Shown: positions 37,999-51,799 of the stretch, piece by piece
Layout of the letters: every line of letters begins with the position of its first letter
How positions within the stretch are numbered: the stretch's first letter is position 1
Origin: Podarcis bocagei
Taxonomy: Eukaryota
Length of the DNA stretch: 64,000 bases
Reading direction: 5' to 3' (one strand)
Assembly: GCA_964188305.1 (NCBI GenBank)
Contig: OZ076892.1
The notes under the pieces: model-generated
What the model was told of the DNA's origin: nothing
The model's database searches: none
Seen by the model: only the letters and a program-made list of their open reading frames with translations
Position numbers and translations under genes: made by a program

Positions 37999-39422
37999 TT
38001 TCCATCCGAGAAATGTTGGAGGATATGCATGTTTTAAGGGGGCATGTTCAATAATGTGAAGAGGCCAAGTCAGTGCAGACTGGCTGTCCCATCGACACCA
38101 CATATTTAAAGCAGCCTTAAACCACTTCAGCAGCCATGGCCTCCCTCATAGAATCCTCACAACTATGGTTTGTTAAAGATGCTGGGAACTGTAACCCCTG
38201 TAAAGGGTCTCCTAGCAAGTCTCAGCACCTGAACAAGCTACAGTTCCCTGGGTTCTTTGGAGGAACCCATGGCTGTTAACATGGCATAATACTACTTTAA
38301 AATGTGTGGTTGGGATGTGACCTGGAGCTGAACAGGAACAGCAAGCAGCCTCCCAGGCATTGTGCATTTGGGAGGAAATAATTACTGGGAGCTTTCATAG
38401 GCACAGGAGGAGGTATTGGCAGGCACACAGATTCCTAGAATACCATACACAATTTGTAGGATACGCAATTATATGCAGAATGCAGTCTGGGCATCTTGGC
38501 TAGATGAATTCAGAGTCAAGTGCTTGTTACCCAGCCTGACCTGGAAATATGGATAGCCCTTTCAGAAGCTGATTGGCTGCCTTGGTGGGTGGAATCCTTG
38601 TAATGCTTGGCAGCACAGCACAACAAGGGGACTTCTCGACATGCTCCCCTGGCTAAATGGCCCCATGGGGCACCAGAATGCAGAGGTAAAGGTTCCTGGT
38701 TCTAGTCCTCAGCAGCCCTAGGCAACCTGCAACCTTTGCATTTCCCATCCCACCCCTCAAACTGTGCCTCCCTCACTGTTGTTTGCAAATTTATTTTAGA
38801 CATTTGTATTCTGCTTTTCCAGCTCATATGAGCTGCCCATAGAGGCTTAAAGTAGAATTTAAATAGAACCAATCAACCAAAAGCAAAGTAAGATGCAAAG
38901 CTTGCAATAATGATGATGATGATAATGATGATGGTGATGATGATGATAAGGAGGAGGAATTGATTTAAAATAAGGCAATTGTTTTTGTTGCCCCTTCCTG
39001 CCTCTTCTCCCGCTCCACAATGACAAAAGGATCCAGCTCGTGGAAACTGTTTATAAACAATAAGAAAGCACTAGTGAAATAATGCATCCCTTTTTCAAAG
39101 GTTTGTGTTTACCTTTTCGGCTTCGGAGCGAAATTCGAGAAGCAGCTAATCTGCATTTCTTCTGGGAGACTTGTTTTGAAAACTTGTTTCTGGGTGGATT
39201 TTCGTAACTTAGAAGCACAGGAAACGTCAAAAGCAATAAAGTGCAATAGCAACTGTTTCTTCCCAGTGGTACCGGGACATACACAGAACTCTTTTCCACG
39301 CCAACAGAAAACATGTTTCTCACATACATACATACAGGCATATTAACACTCACCTGCCACCCACCAACGTTCATGCAAAATGGGACGGTGAGAGATTTAA
39401 AGCAACAGGACAAAATCAAGTA

Positions 39423-39664
39423 CAGTGATACCTCGGGTTAGATATGCTTCAGGTTACATACGCTTCAGGTTACAGACTCCACTAAGCCAGAAATATTACC
39501 TCGGGTTAAGAATTTTGCTTCAGGGTGAGAACAGAAATTGTGCTCTGGTGGTGCGACAGCAGCAGGAGGCCCCATTAGCTAAAGTGGTGCTTCAGGTTAA
39601 GAACAGTTTCAGGTTAAGTATGGACCTCAGGAACGAATTAAGTACTTAACCTGAGGTACCACTG
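39423..39664 (+). mobile_element. Tigger/pogo-like MITE
   Basis: TIRs plus TA TSD. Confidence 0.88.
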
Positions 39665-42470
39665 TATAATTTCACTTGAACCTGAAGAGGTTTGTGGCTA
39701 CACCACTGCCAGCATTTTTTCTCCCCAGTTTCTGATATCGCCTGCATTAACCAAGCAGTATCAAACTTGTCAACTTAACATTTATAGAGTTATCAGTAAT
39801 TACAGTTATGCTTTCATTTTAATTTAAACTTGGTGGTTTGTGAAGATAAAAATGAGGCCAAGGCCAATTTCAGCAGCAGATGCTAGAGGAATAGCTTGTG
39901 ACTTTCAGGCATCTCATGAATAGTTTTTATTCTAAGAGGTCTATGCAGTTGTTTAGAATTTTCTAGAGTAGCATTTCAATGATTGTGCTGTACTGCTTTT
40001 AATTCTAAATCTATATAGCTGTACACCCCACTGGCATTTTGTGAATATGAATTCTGTATTAGTGGTATATGAATACTATATTAGTGTTTGTATTAAGGCA
40101 TGCCCTCCAACACTTCTCTGATGCAAATAGCAACATCTTATTCCATAGCAGTAGTAGTAGTAGTACCCTACCCATCTGACTGGGTTGTCCCAGCCACTCT
40201 GGGCAGCTTCCAACATATATAAAAGCATAATAAAACATTAAACATTTTTTTAAAAAAAACTTCCCTATACAGGGCTATTTTCAGGTGTCTTCTAAAGGTT
40301 GCAGAGTTATTTAGGGTCGCCATATGTTCAGAATTTCCCAGACATAGCCAGAATACAGCAGTCATATTCCGGGATCAAATCAGAAACTGGTACGGCTACT
40401 GTAAATCTGGGGCTGTCCCTGGAAAATAGGGACACTTGCAGAGGCTATGGGGGGGGTCAGTGTGCATAGCAAGTGGTCATTGTGCACATTCAGCAGGCCT
40501 CGTGGAAAATGTGCACAAAATTATTTCATGAAGAGGGAAATGTGCACGTTTTCTGGTCAATACACATAATCCCCAACAGGGAATGTGCTTTGTACACTGT
40601 GTTTTGTACACTCCCCAAGTACATATTCCAGCCTCCAGGTGTATGCATATCCTATTCATATTTCAATGCATGCAGAAAGAATCAATCAATTAACATTCGC
40701 ACAATCAATCAAGAAGTTTAATAATCATGGGCTCTCCAAGTGGCCTCAGCTGCTTCCTACTGTAATATCAACATGATTTCCTGTCACCTGAGCTGCCACC
40801 ACAGTTATCGCCTCACACTGAGTAGGTTTTAGGTGTGTGTTTTTTTGCATTAATTAAATTAATTATTTTTCTGCAAATCATTATGTTAATATAATGCTCT
40901 TTTTTCTGGTCAAAAATGAGAACTCGTTTGCTGTCCCTCCTAGCTGAGGGCTGTCCCACAGCACTGCAGGGGGAAATATAAAATATTAGAAATCAGTGTG
41001 AATCCTACTTATTTCTAGGATAATCTTATAGCAGTGGTAGACTTGCATGTCTACCAGTAAAGCTAGCCAATCTAAAATGGCTAAATCCAAATTCCCAAGC
41101 CAATTCCGTCCTTCCTCACTAGTTACAGAACCCTGAGCTTCCTCCTCGGGAATGAATTATAAATGTTCCTCCCTCTCCCACCCTGCACCTTCTACTCAAG
41201 TCTCAGCCTAAATAATATATGAATAAACAAAGGCTCCAGTATCTGCGAAGGGCTGAACTTTGTGCCGTTGCTACAGGGGCTGAGATCAAAGCTCTGCCAC
41301 CAGGCCTGACCCCAGCTGGTTTCCTCTGGGGTGGGGCAGGACCGGGAAGGGGGGTGGGAATAAAACCACAATGAAAAGCTGGAGCTGGAGTTAACCTTTC
41401 GTGGGGCTTAATGGCAAGGCAGCAGGAGCTCAGTAGGATAGCAGCTGCCTCAGAAAACCTAACAAGAACAGACAGAGGGAGGTGAAAAAATGATACCTGA
41501 GGAAAGGAGAGAGCTGGAGAAGTCGCACAGTGATCAAAGGCCTCCGATATCCTGTGCTAAGGAGGAGAAGCAGCCACAGAAGGGCTCCTATGGAGCCCAT
41601 AATTTGTCCTGGGGCTCATGCTGCAAGGGGTTAATTTCAGCTATAGGCTCCCAATGACACCTATCACATGCTGAGCTGGTTACGGGGGCCCAAGCCAAGG
41701 GAGCCATATGCAAAATCCGCAGTGGTTCAGGATTTCAGCATAGCTCAGTGGCAGAGAACATGGTTTGCATGGGAAAGGTCTTAGGTTCAACCCCAGGTAT
41801 TTCCAGGTACGTCCAGGAAAGACTCCTGTCTGAAAGCTTTGCAGTACATGTAGTCAATACAAAAGCAGATGGCCCAATGGTTTGGCTGGGTACAAGGTGT
41901 TCAGGGGGGGCTATCCAAACATGTCATCTGCTTGATGTACATTGCTGGTCACAATATGGATTTCTTCTTCTCAGCCAATGGTCTGGTTGTGGGGGCATTT
42001 TTCCTCTGCTCCCTTGTTCTGAGCAGAACATTTCCTATTGAGACTTAAGAATACCAGTGAGTACTCTAAGCTCTAGAACTGTCAACTACAGGAGGCTGAT
42101 AAAGCCAAAATTTTTACTGAATAGTTATACGCAGGTTGATTCAACAAGAAAACAAATATCTGGACTTGGAGTGTATGTTCCCCTAAGAAGAGTCCCTGAG
42201 GACTGGAATCTGAAGCGTAGTGTGCAGAAGGTCCTACTTAGAAGAGAGTTTTGTGAGAATTTCACTCCACACTCCAAAGTATACAGTATATTCAGCAAAA
42301 TGGCGACAAGTCATGTGGAGGATCCGCAGAGGCGATTTTAGCTCTGTCCTAAGTGGTACCTTCTGCATGCTAGACCTCCAGCCTGCAGCCAATGACCTCC
42401 ATGGCTGGAGAACACTTCTGGTCTGGATTTGAGTATGGCTGCCATATTCAGTCACATTCCTTTATTAGTA

Positions 42471-42696
42471 CAGTGGTACCTCAGGTTAAGTACTTAATTT
42501 GTTCTGGAGGTCCATTCTAAACCTGAAACTGTACTTAACCTGAAGCACCACTTTAGCTAATGAGGTCTCCCGCTGCTGCCATGCCGCCGGACCACAATTT
42601 CTGTTCTCATCCTGAAGCAAAGTTCTTAACCTGAAGCACTATTTCTAGGTTAGCGGAGTCTGTAACCAGAAGCGTATGTAACCTGAGGTACCACTG
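42471..42696 (-). mobile_element. Tigger/pogo-like MITE
   Basis: TIRs plus TA TSD. Confidence 0.88.
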
Positions 42697-44544
42697 TACA
42701 ATGTTCCTTGTGATTAGGGATTGCGGAGAAATTTGAATCCGTCCACATTTAAAGTTGGAACTTACTTGATATGCACTTTCCAAAACAATATACAAACAGA
42801 ATCACAACCATCTTGCGAAATTCACACTTCTCCCAATTTTGCAATACTGCTCTCTGGCCTGGCAATGTGTACGGAAAAAATATATATACTGGAATTTAAA
42901 GTGTGTAGTAGAATGCATATATTCATGAAAATGACAAATGAAAAATGCATTCTATTACACAAAGATGAATTGCAAAATAAATAATGATGGTGATGATGAT
43001 GGTGATGATGATGCATATATATTTTGTGGGGGGGGATTTGCACAAAAATGCTGCTGTGTTTACAGGAGGACTTTAGAAAAAATATTCTAGAAATGTGGAG
43101 AACTGAACATAAGGTTGGAAGAATGAGATACTGAGAGGAGCCAAACTGGACAGATGTGCTTGACCCAACTTCTTACCCTCCTTGCAGAAGCAGAGCAGTG
43201 GCAGTCAAGGGACACACAGTTTCTCCCTTCAACAAGCTGACCTCTCACAAAGCTCCATGAGCTCCCGCAGACCTGTCTCTGCAGGAGCATCTGACAAAGT
43301 AAATACATACCAGCAAGGTAAACATCACTCAGTACCTCTGATGGGGTAAATGGAGGCAGGGAAAGGAAGAAAACATTGCTGCAGTCTATTTGCCTGTCAC
43401 TTACTGCTGCTTTAAGCGGCGGGTGGCTCTCTTGAACGATGGCACTAAGACGATAAACAGATCACTGGAAATGTTTCCAACATGGCAAGAGAGATGTTGA
43501 GCCAGAGTTTATGCTGCTTACAGTTAAGCTGGGGGTGCACGAACACTGATTCACAGTGCCACGGGTTCCTGCATGGCACGCCGATGATGCTCAGGCCTTT
43601 TGGAGTTTTCTCAGGGGGCGCCACTGTATCACACTGCAGCTTTGCATGTCAAGAGCAGTGTAACAGTCTTGTTGAACCAAAAACTGGTGCATGCATCCAA
43701 GAAAACTGTCTCTATGTGTATCCTAACAACAAGGAGAAATCTGTGCTGGTCTGTGCACCAAGAACACCCAACTTTAGTCATGTAGGGCAAAGCTACCGAT
43801 GTCATTAAATGTGTCTTTGGGATTTACAGACAAGTTTGTTTTTTAATGCAAATAGCATTTGCTGGGGGACTCACAGTTATTTTTATTTATTTATTTCTAT
43901 ACCACCATTTGTTTGGATGGTGTACAGCACTGATTTTTTTAAAAAATATATATGCATATGATCATTAAGAAGACTGGCTAATCGAAGATTTTTTTATTAA
44001 AAAAATTTAAACAGCTGCAAAGATCTGCCAGCGAATAAAATATATTTGAGAGACACTTCAAAGTCAAAAGTGAGGGTGCCTGCCAAATCTCTACTGGAAG
44101 AGTGTCCCAAAGCACAGAACCAGCAGCACTAAATGCCCAACTTCTATTTGAAGCCTGTCGCGTCTTTGTAACACAGGAGATGAAATGCTTGGGGTCTCAG
44201 CTGGTGCTAGAGGGAAGCATAACTCTTTCCTCCCCTGCTGCAATCCTCAGGAACATCACTTTTCAGGAAAGTATTTGCATTGGGAGAAAATACCCCAATT
44301 AGTGTCAATGGAGGATTTTCTCCCAATGCACATGCTCAGCACCAATGCCTGTAGCTCATCCCAGAAGCTAGTAGTCATCCCCATTTACTTTTGCAAAAGT
44401 CCACGGTGGTGGTGCTGCGACATTATCACATCACTACTGAGCACTTTTTGAAAAGGGAAATAGTAGGTACCAGCCACCAGGATGACCTCTAGGCAGTTGT
44501 GGCAATTTTCACCCAATCCGGACCTCTGTTGATATGGTATGAAT

Positions 44545-44990
44545 GAATCTTTATTTGCACCAGCCACAATACAATATACAAAAAAAATAAAAATAAAAAG
44601 TCAATACATTTTAGCTTTTGAATCAATAGTCAAACAGTGGATCTTATTCTAATTGCCCCAGCTAAAAACCTTTGCTGTCACCTGCTCATCTTGATCTGCC
44701 AAGAGAAAGGACACTGTGGCAGTGGCTGGGAATGGACAATAAAAGAGGGGTGATAATCTCATTCCTCAAGTCTTTATAAAGAGTGCAAGCCAAAAGGGCA
44801 CGCACCACTGATTCGGTACTGCCATCTCCACAGGGACATAAGCATTTTTCATGTGGAATCTGTTGGAATCGTCTCTCAAGTACAGCTGAGGGCAATACAT
44901 TCCATCTTGCAAGAGTAAAAGCACGTCTATATTTTAAAATTGCTAGGTTACACAGAGAGTCAAAATGGGTAGGTGGAAACTTCTGTTGAT
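44545..44990 (-). mobile_element. Non-LTR retrotransposon 3' fragment (RTE-X-like, C-terminal Zn knuckle)
   Basis: AFTLARWNVLPSAVLERRFQQIPHEKCLCPCGDGSTESVVRALLACTLYKDLR; AATAAA near the 3' end. Confidence 0.65.
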
Positions 44991-46447
44991 AGTGGGTTGC
45001 ATCCAGCTAAGTTTTAATCAGAGCAGACCCACTGAAGTTAATGAACCTGAGTTAGTGATATCCATGAACGTCAATGGGTCTGCTCTTGGGTAGGATACAA
45101 CCCAATGTGTTTGGCTCAACTTACCCCCAAAGTTCTCATGCTATCCAAAAAGTTCTCATTGGGAGCATCAAAAGAACCTTGAAGTGTAAAACCAGGCATC
45201 AAATTGCATGCAGCACAAGCCTTGCACAGGCTTCTATTTCTCCTCAAAACATAGGAAGAGATGCATTTTTGTCATGTCTGGAAAATATTATCTTGGGCTT
45301 AGGAGCAAAGTTTGGACAATTCCCGCCCTACAATTACTATGCACCGAGGATATGTTCTGCTGCCACATCATTAAAGCTATGCAGATCTCTGCCAGGTCAG
45401 TGCCTGAATGGGTGACTGACTCAAGGAGCTCTGAGAAAAGCTGCCCTGAGTCCTGGATAAAAAAATAATAATAACCAAATAGCGTGGTAGGGGGAGAGCA
45501 AAGAGTAAGTTGACAGATAAGCCGCTGCTGTCATTAAGACATCTTCACAAGTGATCTGCTTTTTCCCCCTACGGCAAAGATGCACATCATAACTATAGTC
45601 GATTTGTGCAGATTAGGTGCACTGCAGGTTTTGGCCCATCCTCTGGGGGAAACAAAGCACTCAGATAATCCACTGCCTTTGGATTTAGTGGTAGAGCCCG
45701 GCTGAAATCATTATTCAGCCTTAGATAGGGACAGCTAAGCAAGATATTCCGCCTTCTGCTGCTCAAGATTTCTCAAGACTGCCTTCTGTGTTGAAAGTCA
45801 CCACTACCTGCAGCAGAGGAATTCATTTCAAGGTTCCTTGGTTCTGACTGAAAAGATATCAGGAATGAAAGCTCTGTGCCTTAACCATGAGGGTTCAACA
45901 ACGGAGCTGTGTTTGTGTGTGTAGGCTTGTACAGAACTTATTTCACAATCATACATTATGTGCAATGGACAAAATAGTACCTATCAGCAAATAAATTAAG
46001 TACCACTTTTGTATCAGCTCTGCTCTTTTTAAAACTTTATTTTATATCTGTGTGTTACAATCCTAACACAAAACGAAGATACAACAGGAATTAACACGAA
46101 GGAGAAACCAGTAATACAGAGGTATCAGCAATTGCAAATACACAGAAGATAATAACTTCTTGTCACCTTCCTGACTGTTTATGGAGTACACAGTCCTGAG
46201 AAATTCCGTTCTCTTCAGCGGGGACAAAATATCAGCAGTCCATAAAAGAGGAAGTATTAATTAAAAACAAAACAAAACAGGGTGCGGAACCTTGGACAAA
46301 TACCATATAGGGAAGTTTTTATTACTTGATGTTTTATTGTGTTTTTAATATTCTGTTGGGTGATAACTTATAGGATTGTAGCGAATGATAGTGCTACTTA
46401 GAGTAAACTCACTGAGTAAATGAACATGACTAAAACAGGGCTATTAG

Positions 46448-46827
46448 TGTCACAGTCCAGTTTACAGGCGGTTGAAGTTCTGGCTGAGGGCAAGACGGTG
46501 GGGTGGGAGAAGAACGAGAGTCCGGAAGCCAGGAGTCAGGAAACCAAGAGTCCGAGGGTCAGAGAGCCAGGAGTCAAGAAGCCAAGGGTCCAAGGATCAG
46601 GAAGCAAGCCAAATGCAGCAAGGCAGGAAGCATGTTGCTGTGGCAAAGAGCCAAAGGGAAATACTGACCTTATATCCCTTCCTGGCTCTTGCCACCAGGT
46701 GCTGTGAGTTACCAATCGGCCTCACCTGTGTGGTCGCGCCTTGCCTCTTCAGAACAAACTTAGGAAAGCCCCAGTCCTCTGAAGCCCTACCGGTCACAGG
46801 GCCTGGCTCCTGCACGCACTCCTGACA
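46448..46827 (-). mobile_element. Solo LTR (380 bp)
   Basis: TGTCA...TGACA termini; perfect 5-bp TSD ATTAG at 46443-46447 and 46828-46832; interrupts a palindromic MITE (about 46373-46864). Confidence 0.85.
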
Positions 46828-47731
46828 ATTAGTTTCAATGGGTCTACTAATGTTGGGTACAACCTTTTGTCCCTTGTTGTGCACTATTCAGATGCTCCAG
46901 ATGCTCAACACAGAAATAACCATGAATGTGCAATAAAAAAAGCCTGTCTCGAGGGGGCTGTCTCTGTAATTGTTACTCTCCCCACTCCAAACATGAATCT
47001 TAACAACGCCCTTGGCAACAGTGGGCGATAGCTAACGTTAGTCACACTCAGATTAGATCCATTGAGATCAATGGACCCAAATAATGCTAAATCCACTGAT
47101 TGTAACAGGCCTACGCTGCTTCTGAGGCTCTGTACCTATGCCCTAGCAACATGATGAAAGACAAGGGAAATGGAGACACCAAGTAATTGTGATGTGAAGG
47201 GAATTGCAGCTGTTGGATTGTAATAACAGCTCGTGATGGATAGTACAATTTAGTTAAAACTGGATAAAATAATGAGCTAAACTGGTAATTTCCCAACTTT
47301 TGTAATTTTTAAAAAAGCTATTCCAGGCAGCCAGCACCCTGAAGGCATGACAAAGAAACCTGGTGACTGGTTCGTATCCTGACTGCTTTTGATTACACTT
47401 AACAGGTGATGGATGGCACCTAATACGTACCTATTCCACCTAGTCCAAATCAATAGAAATTAAGGAGTTTAATCTACAGGCCAGGACCAACGTCAAGAGC
47501 CTACGGTCTTTGTTAAGTAATGATACAGGCTGGTACAAAGCAACTTCGTGGATTTCTCCAGGCTTCAGTCTGACAGTGACATGGGACCATAATCATATTT
47601 CAGGTGTGTCCACACTTTTTTATATATTTTACTAAACAGAATTGTTAAATATGGGCTAAATAATGACTGAAGAGACTTAAAAGAGACTCAAAACTCTGAG
47701 GGATAGCTCTGTAAGAGACTCAAAACTCTGA

Positions 47732-47869
47732 GGGATAGCTCAATTAGTAGAGCATGAGACTCTTAATCTCAGAGTTGTGGGTTCAAGCCCCACGTTGGGT
47801 GAAAGATTCCTACATTGCAGGCTGTTGGACTAGATGATCCTCATGGCCACTTCCAACAATTCTATGATT
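47732..47869 (+). mobile_element. Short SINE: tRNA-Lys(CTT) head fused to a CR1 3' tail
   Basis: tagctca..agtagagcatgagactcttaatctcagagttgtgggttcaagccccacgttggg matches tRNA-Lys-CTT; followed by ttgcagg..gttggactagatga...ttccaac..ttctatga. Confidence 0.85.
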
Positions 47870-48821
47870 ATCTCAAAAAGTCATTGAGTGGGTGACTTTT
47901 AATTGATAAATTCCCAGTTGGAGCTCTTCAAATGTATTCTTACTAGGGGTTTTCTTTTAAAAAAAAAATTCTGGAAAAGAAATTCTAGGAGATTCGGACT
48001 AAATATGCAGTCTTCACCTGGGTTTGTTACTGTTATATAACATAGCATAATACTGTGGGAAAGTCTCACCAATTTTTTGCATGTCAAACATAAACATTCT
48101 AATGTCACCTGGAGTTCTAGAGTGAAATAATTTTGCTACTCTTCCATTTATTTATTTTTAACTTAAGAAAATTTAAACTTTGAAAATTGGCCATTGGGTG
48201 TTTCAAAATCGAAGTTCAGTGTCATCTTGGTGCCATTAAAGAAGAGCAAACCAAGGTGTGCAGGTACACAAGACTTTTTCCACCTATTTACAGATGGTTG
48301 CAGTTAGTGAGTTGGCCACTATTAACAAATTTTTTAAAAGCAAGATGGTAAGGAGTTGGAAACTGAAATCCTGACTTTAGAGGCAGGAAAACATAAGGCC
48401 ACTGACTTGCCTGCAGTATACAAAACATCAAAGGTTTACAAGAAGTGCATAAAATATAATTTGAGAATGTGGCATTTAAAATAATAAAAAAGCTGTTTAC
48501 AGATGCTTCTCAATGAAGTAAAGAAATGAAATCAGTGTTATAACCTAAAGCAAAACTACTGTGAACACAGAAGCAAAAAAATATTTACCTTCCTAAATGT
48601 TAATCACTATCCACTATCAACCTAGGAATGACAAATCCCTTCTGAAGCTTAGATGCATTTCCAAATGATTCTCAATTACCCTCATCTTCCAAAATCAATT
48701 TCCGATTATACTTCTTTGGAATCCAGTGGGAGTTTCAGCCACACACTTCAATGGAAACTCACTAAGAGCAAGTTTTTCTGTAAGCTTTACAACCTTCTCA
48801 ATGAAGAATGCATTTGCTATA

Positions 48822-49063
48822 CAGTGGTACCTCGGGTTACATACGCTTCAGGTTACATACGTTTCAGGTTACAGACTCCGCTAACCCAGAAATAGTGCTT
48901 CAGGTTAAGAACTTTGCTTCAGGATGAGAACAGAAATCGTGCTCCGGTGGCGCGGCAGCAGCAGGAGGCCCTGTTAGCTAAAGTGGTGCTTCAGGTTAAG
49001 AACAATTTCAAGTTAAGTATGGACCTCTGGAACGAATTAAGTACTTAACCTGAGATACCACTG
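48822..49063 (+). mobile_element. Tigger/pogo-like MITE
   Basis: TIRs plus TA TSD. Confidence 0.88.
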
Positions 49064-49177
49064 TACTGTTGTCTATCTTAAGGATCCTAAGAACTGAAAT
49101 CACATAAATAAAAGCCTTTCATTAGCAACCTGTATATCTTTTAATGAAGGCATTTTGTATTTTTTAATGATATAATC

Positions 49178-49537
49178 CATGGAAAGGCAAACTAAGGCCC
49201 AGTCGCCTTCTCAATCTGGCCCACGAATGTTCCAGGAATCAGCTTGTTTTTACATGAGAAGAATGTGTGCTTTTATTTAAAATGCATCTCTGGGTTATTT
49301 GTGGGGCCTGCCTGGTGTTTTTACATGAGTAGAATGTGTGCTTTTATTTAAAATGCATCTCTGGGTTATTTGTGGGGCCTGCCTGGTGTTTTTACATGAG
49401 TAGAATGTGTGCTTTTATTTAAAATGCATCTCTGGGTTATTTGTGGGCATAGGAATTCATTCTTTCTTTTTTCAAAATATAATCTGGCCCCCCCACAAGG
49501 TCTGAGGGACAGTGCACCGGCCCCCTGCTGACCCCTG
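49178..49537. mobile_element. Non-autonomous hAT-Charlie element with an internal 71-bp tandem triplication
   Basis: End ggtctgagggacagtgcaccggccccctgctgacccctg; units phased at 49251, 49322 and 49393; TSD-like tataatcc/aataatcc. Confidence 0.75.
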
Positions 49538-51799
49538 AATAATCCATGTACATTTATGTTTTTAAATGTTTTGTAAGTCGCTTGGAGACCTTTGGGCGGT
49601 AACAAGCAACTAAGAAGTCCAACGAACAAACAACAGTTCGTGAGAGGAGGCTGATAACTCAGTTCAAGTTTTCAGTACTGAGTGCATCAGAAAGCAGGTA
49701 TTTTCCTTGGTAAATGCCTTTCCTCATATCATCAAATCACACCATGAACTATCCAGGTGATAACTAGCAATTGTGGTTTTATAGAGTGGCAAACCCTTTA
49801 CTAAATGATACCAAGCCTGCTGGCTCCTTCTTAGAAGGCGCGCTAGGATCTTTTGCCAGCTCTCCCCCATGTTGCCTCTTGGCCCCTTACAGACAGAATC
49901 CACCCGCACTTCTTATTCAGACCAGCCCCGCCAGCAACCATTTCTAACCACAAATTACAGCATTTGTTCCTGTTAACAAATATTTTATGTGTTCATTCCT
50001 CTTAACCAACTTGGCACAATCCCACCGCTGTTTGCCAATGCAATTTTCTGTGCGCATTAAAGAATTCTCCAATTCAAAACATCCTGCACTCTGTTTTTCC
50101 CCTCAGAGTTTACTACAGTCTGTCATGCGTTTTCTTAATGGTGGGGAGAAGACTTCCTATTAGGCTCCTGCATCTGGGTGGGGACAGAAAGCACAAGTCA
50201 TTGTTTATAGGGGAAATGTGCAAAATGACACAGGAGAGGCGCTCAGAGGAAGCAGCTAAACACAGCTGGCTCAGGAGGGTGACACAGACCTGCCAGCGCA
50301 ATTATGTATTCACATATTTAGGAGGCAGTGTAAATTATGTATAGAAAAAGAGTGTGAAATGCCTCATCCTTCTCCCTACCCAGGTGATAGAACTGCATAT
50401 AAAATACATGCCATCCCCCATAAACCGCAGACTTCCCTGAATTATTCAAGGCAAATAACTACTTCGCACCAATTCTGTGCCCAGTTCTTTCGTCAGTTTT
50501 CACACACCCGAAACAGAAGCCACATCTGATTAACGCCAGCGCAGCCACCAGCAGCCTGCAGATATTAAGCTCTTTGTTCCCCCTGCCATTTGTGGGGTGG
50601 TTTGGGGGAACTTGAAGCCCTTCTGAAGCTGTGGCAAGAGAGAATATTCTCCCCAAAAAATTCATGGGACTCAGAACTATATTTAACTGCATGAAGTGGC
50701 TGAGAGGTTTGCTTGGGAGGGCTGGTTTGTTTTTTTCTCTCTTTTACTTGAAAACAAGGGCCCCTATACCACCCACAGATGTGCAAGGCCCTTTGTGGGG
50801 GTTTCCAGTTGCCTTTGTTACCTATAATGTTTTTGGAGCAATGCATCATGAGACCACATTGCTCCCAAGCCATTCCAGTTAAGTGCAGTCAACGAGGATT
50901 CAACTGAGAACAACGTAGTGTCACTTCCAGGTGGGTTCTGGGAAAAGGAATTAGTGGCCACCAGCTAGTGGCTTCGGGGAACAGGTCAGTTTTCCTCTGT
51001 CAGTAAGTGTGCCTCTAATTTCATCTCCGCACCTTACCCCAGAGTTACCAGTTTTGCCACTTGTAAATGGAAAAGAAGTTGAGGAAGCAATTTTGGCTCA
51101 AAACACCCTCTGTACTTTTGGAAGACCAGAAGGACCAAGGAATTTCAAGGAGCCTCTGAGAGGTAGCTGTAGTGGTCCCCTGCCAGAATTGCAACACAAG
51201 AGCCTGGTCACATGTTGCAGAATTATACATCTGTCATCATTTGCCATGTAAGGCAGTGACAACAGATGCTTTACTACAAAAAAAAAAACCCTTGATGAGG
51301 AATTAACAAATTAGCTTCTTCATTTTAAAGGAATACTCACATCTGAGCTGAACCGAATGCAATAACACATTGTCTCTGCTAGCAAGGTCCTCGGGGAGTC
51401 GTCGTGGCTGTGCAAGAGAACCCATGTTCTTCAATAATGCTGAGCAGTGACATGGCATTTCTTAATTAACAAAATGTTTCTTTTATGTTCTTATGAAAGC
51501 AAAATAACGCAAAACGTGCCCCAGAGGATGTCTAAGAGCCACAGTCAAATGCAGTCACATAGTTTCTAATTCCTGACAAAATTGTACTAATGATAGAAAA
51601 GGCAAAGCATACTTCTAGATGCAACGGCAAAAAAGCATAAATAAAGAGAAGATTAGTGTCAGTACAGAATGAACATCATGCAGCAAAATAATGCGGTTCA
51701 GTCCGTCTAGGATGGTCCTTCAAAAGCAGGTGATGAAGGAGTGGGAAAACATGCTTTTCTGGTGGGTGGGGGGGACCCAAGTTCAATCCCCAACCACTC

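Noticed and set aside
47732-47800. Functional tRNA-Lys gene
   Set aside because: The 5' acceptor strand is lost, there are mismatches, no poly-T terminator, and it is fused to a CR1 tail
49245-49447. CRISPR-like array
   Set aside because: Contiguous tandem units without unique spacers, inside a hAT element in eukaryotic DNA
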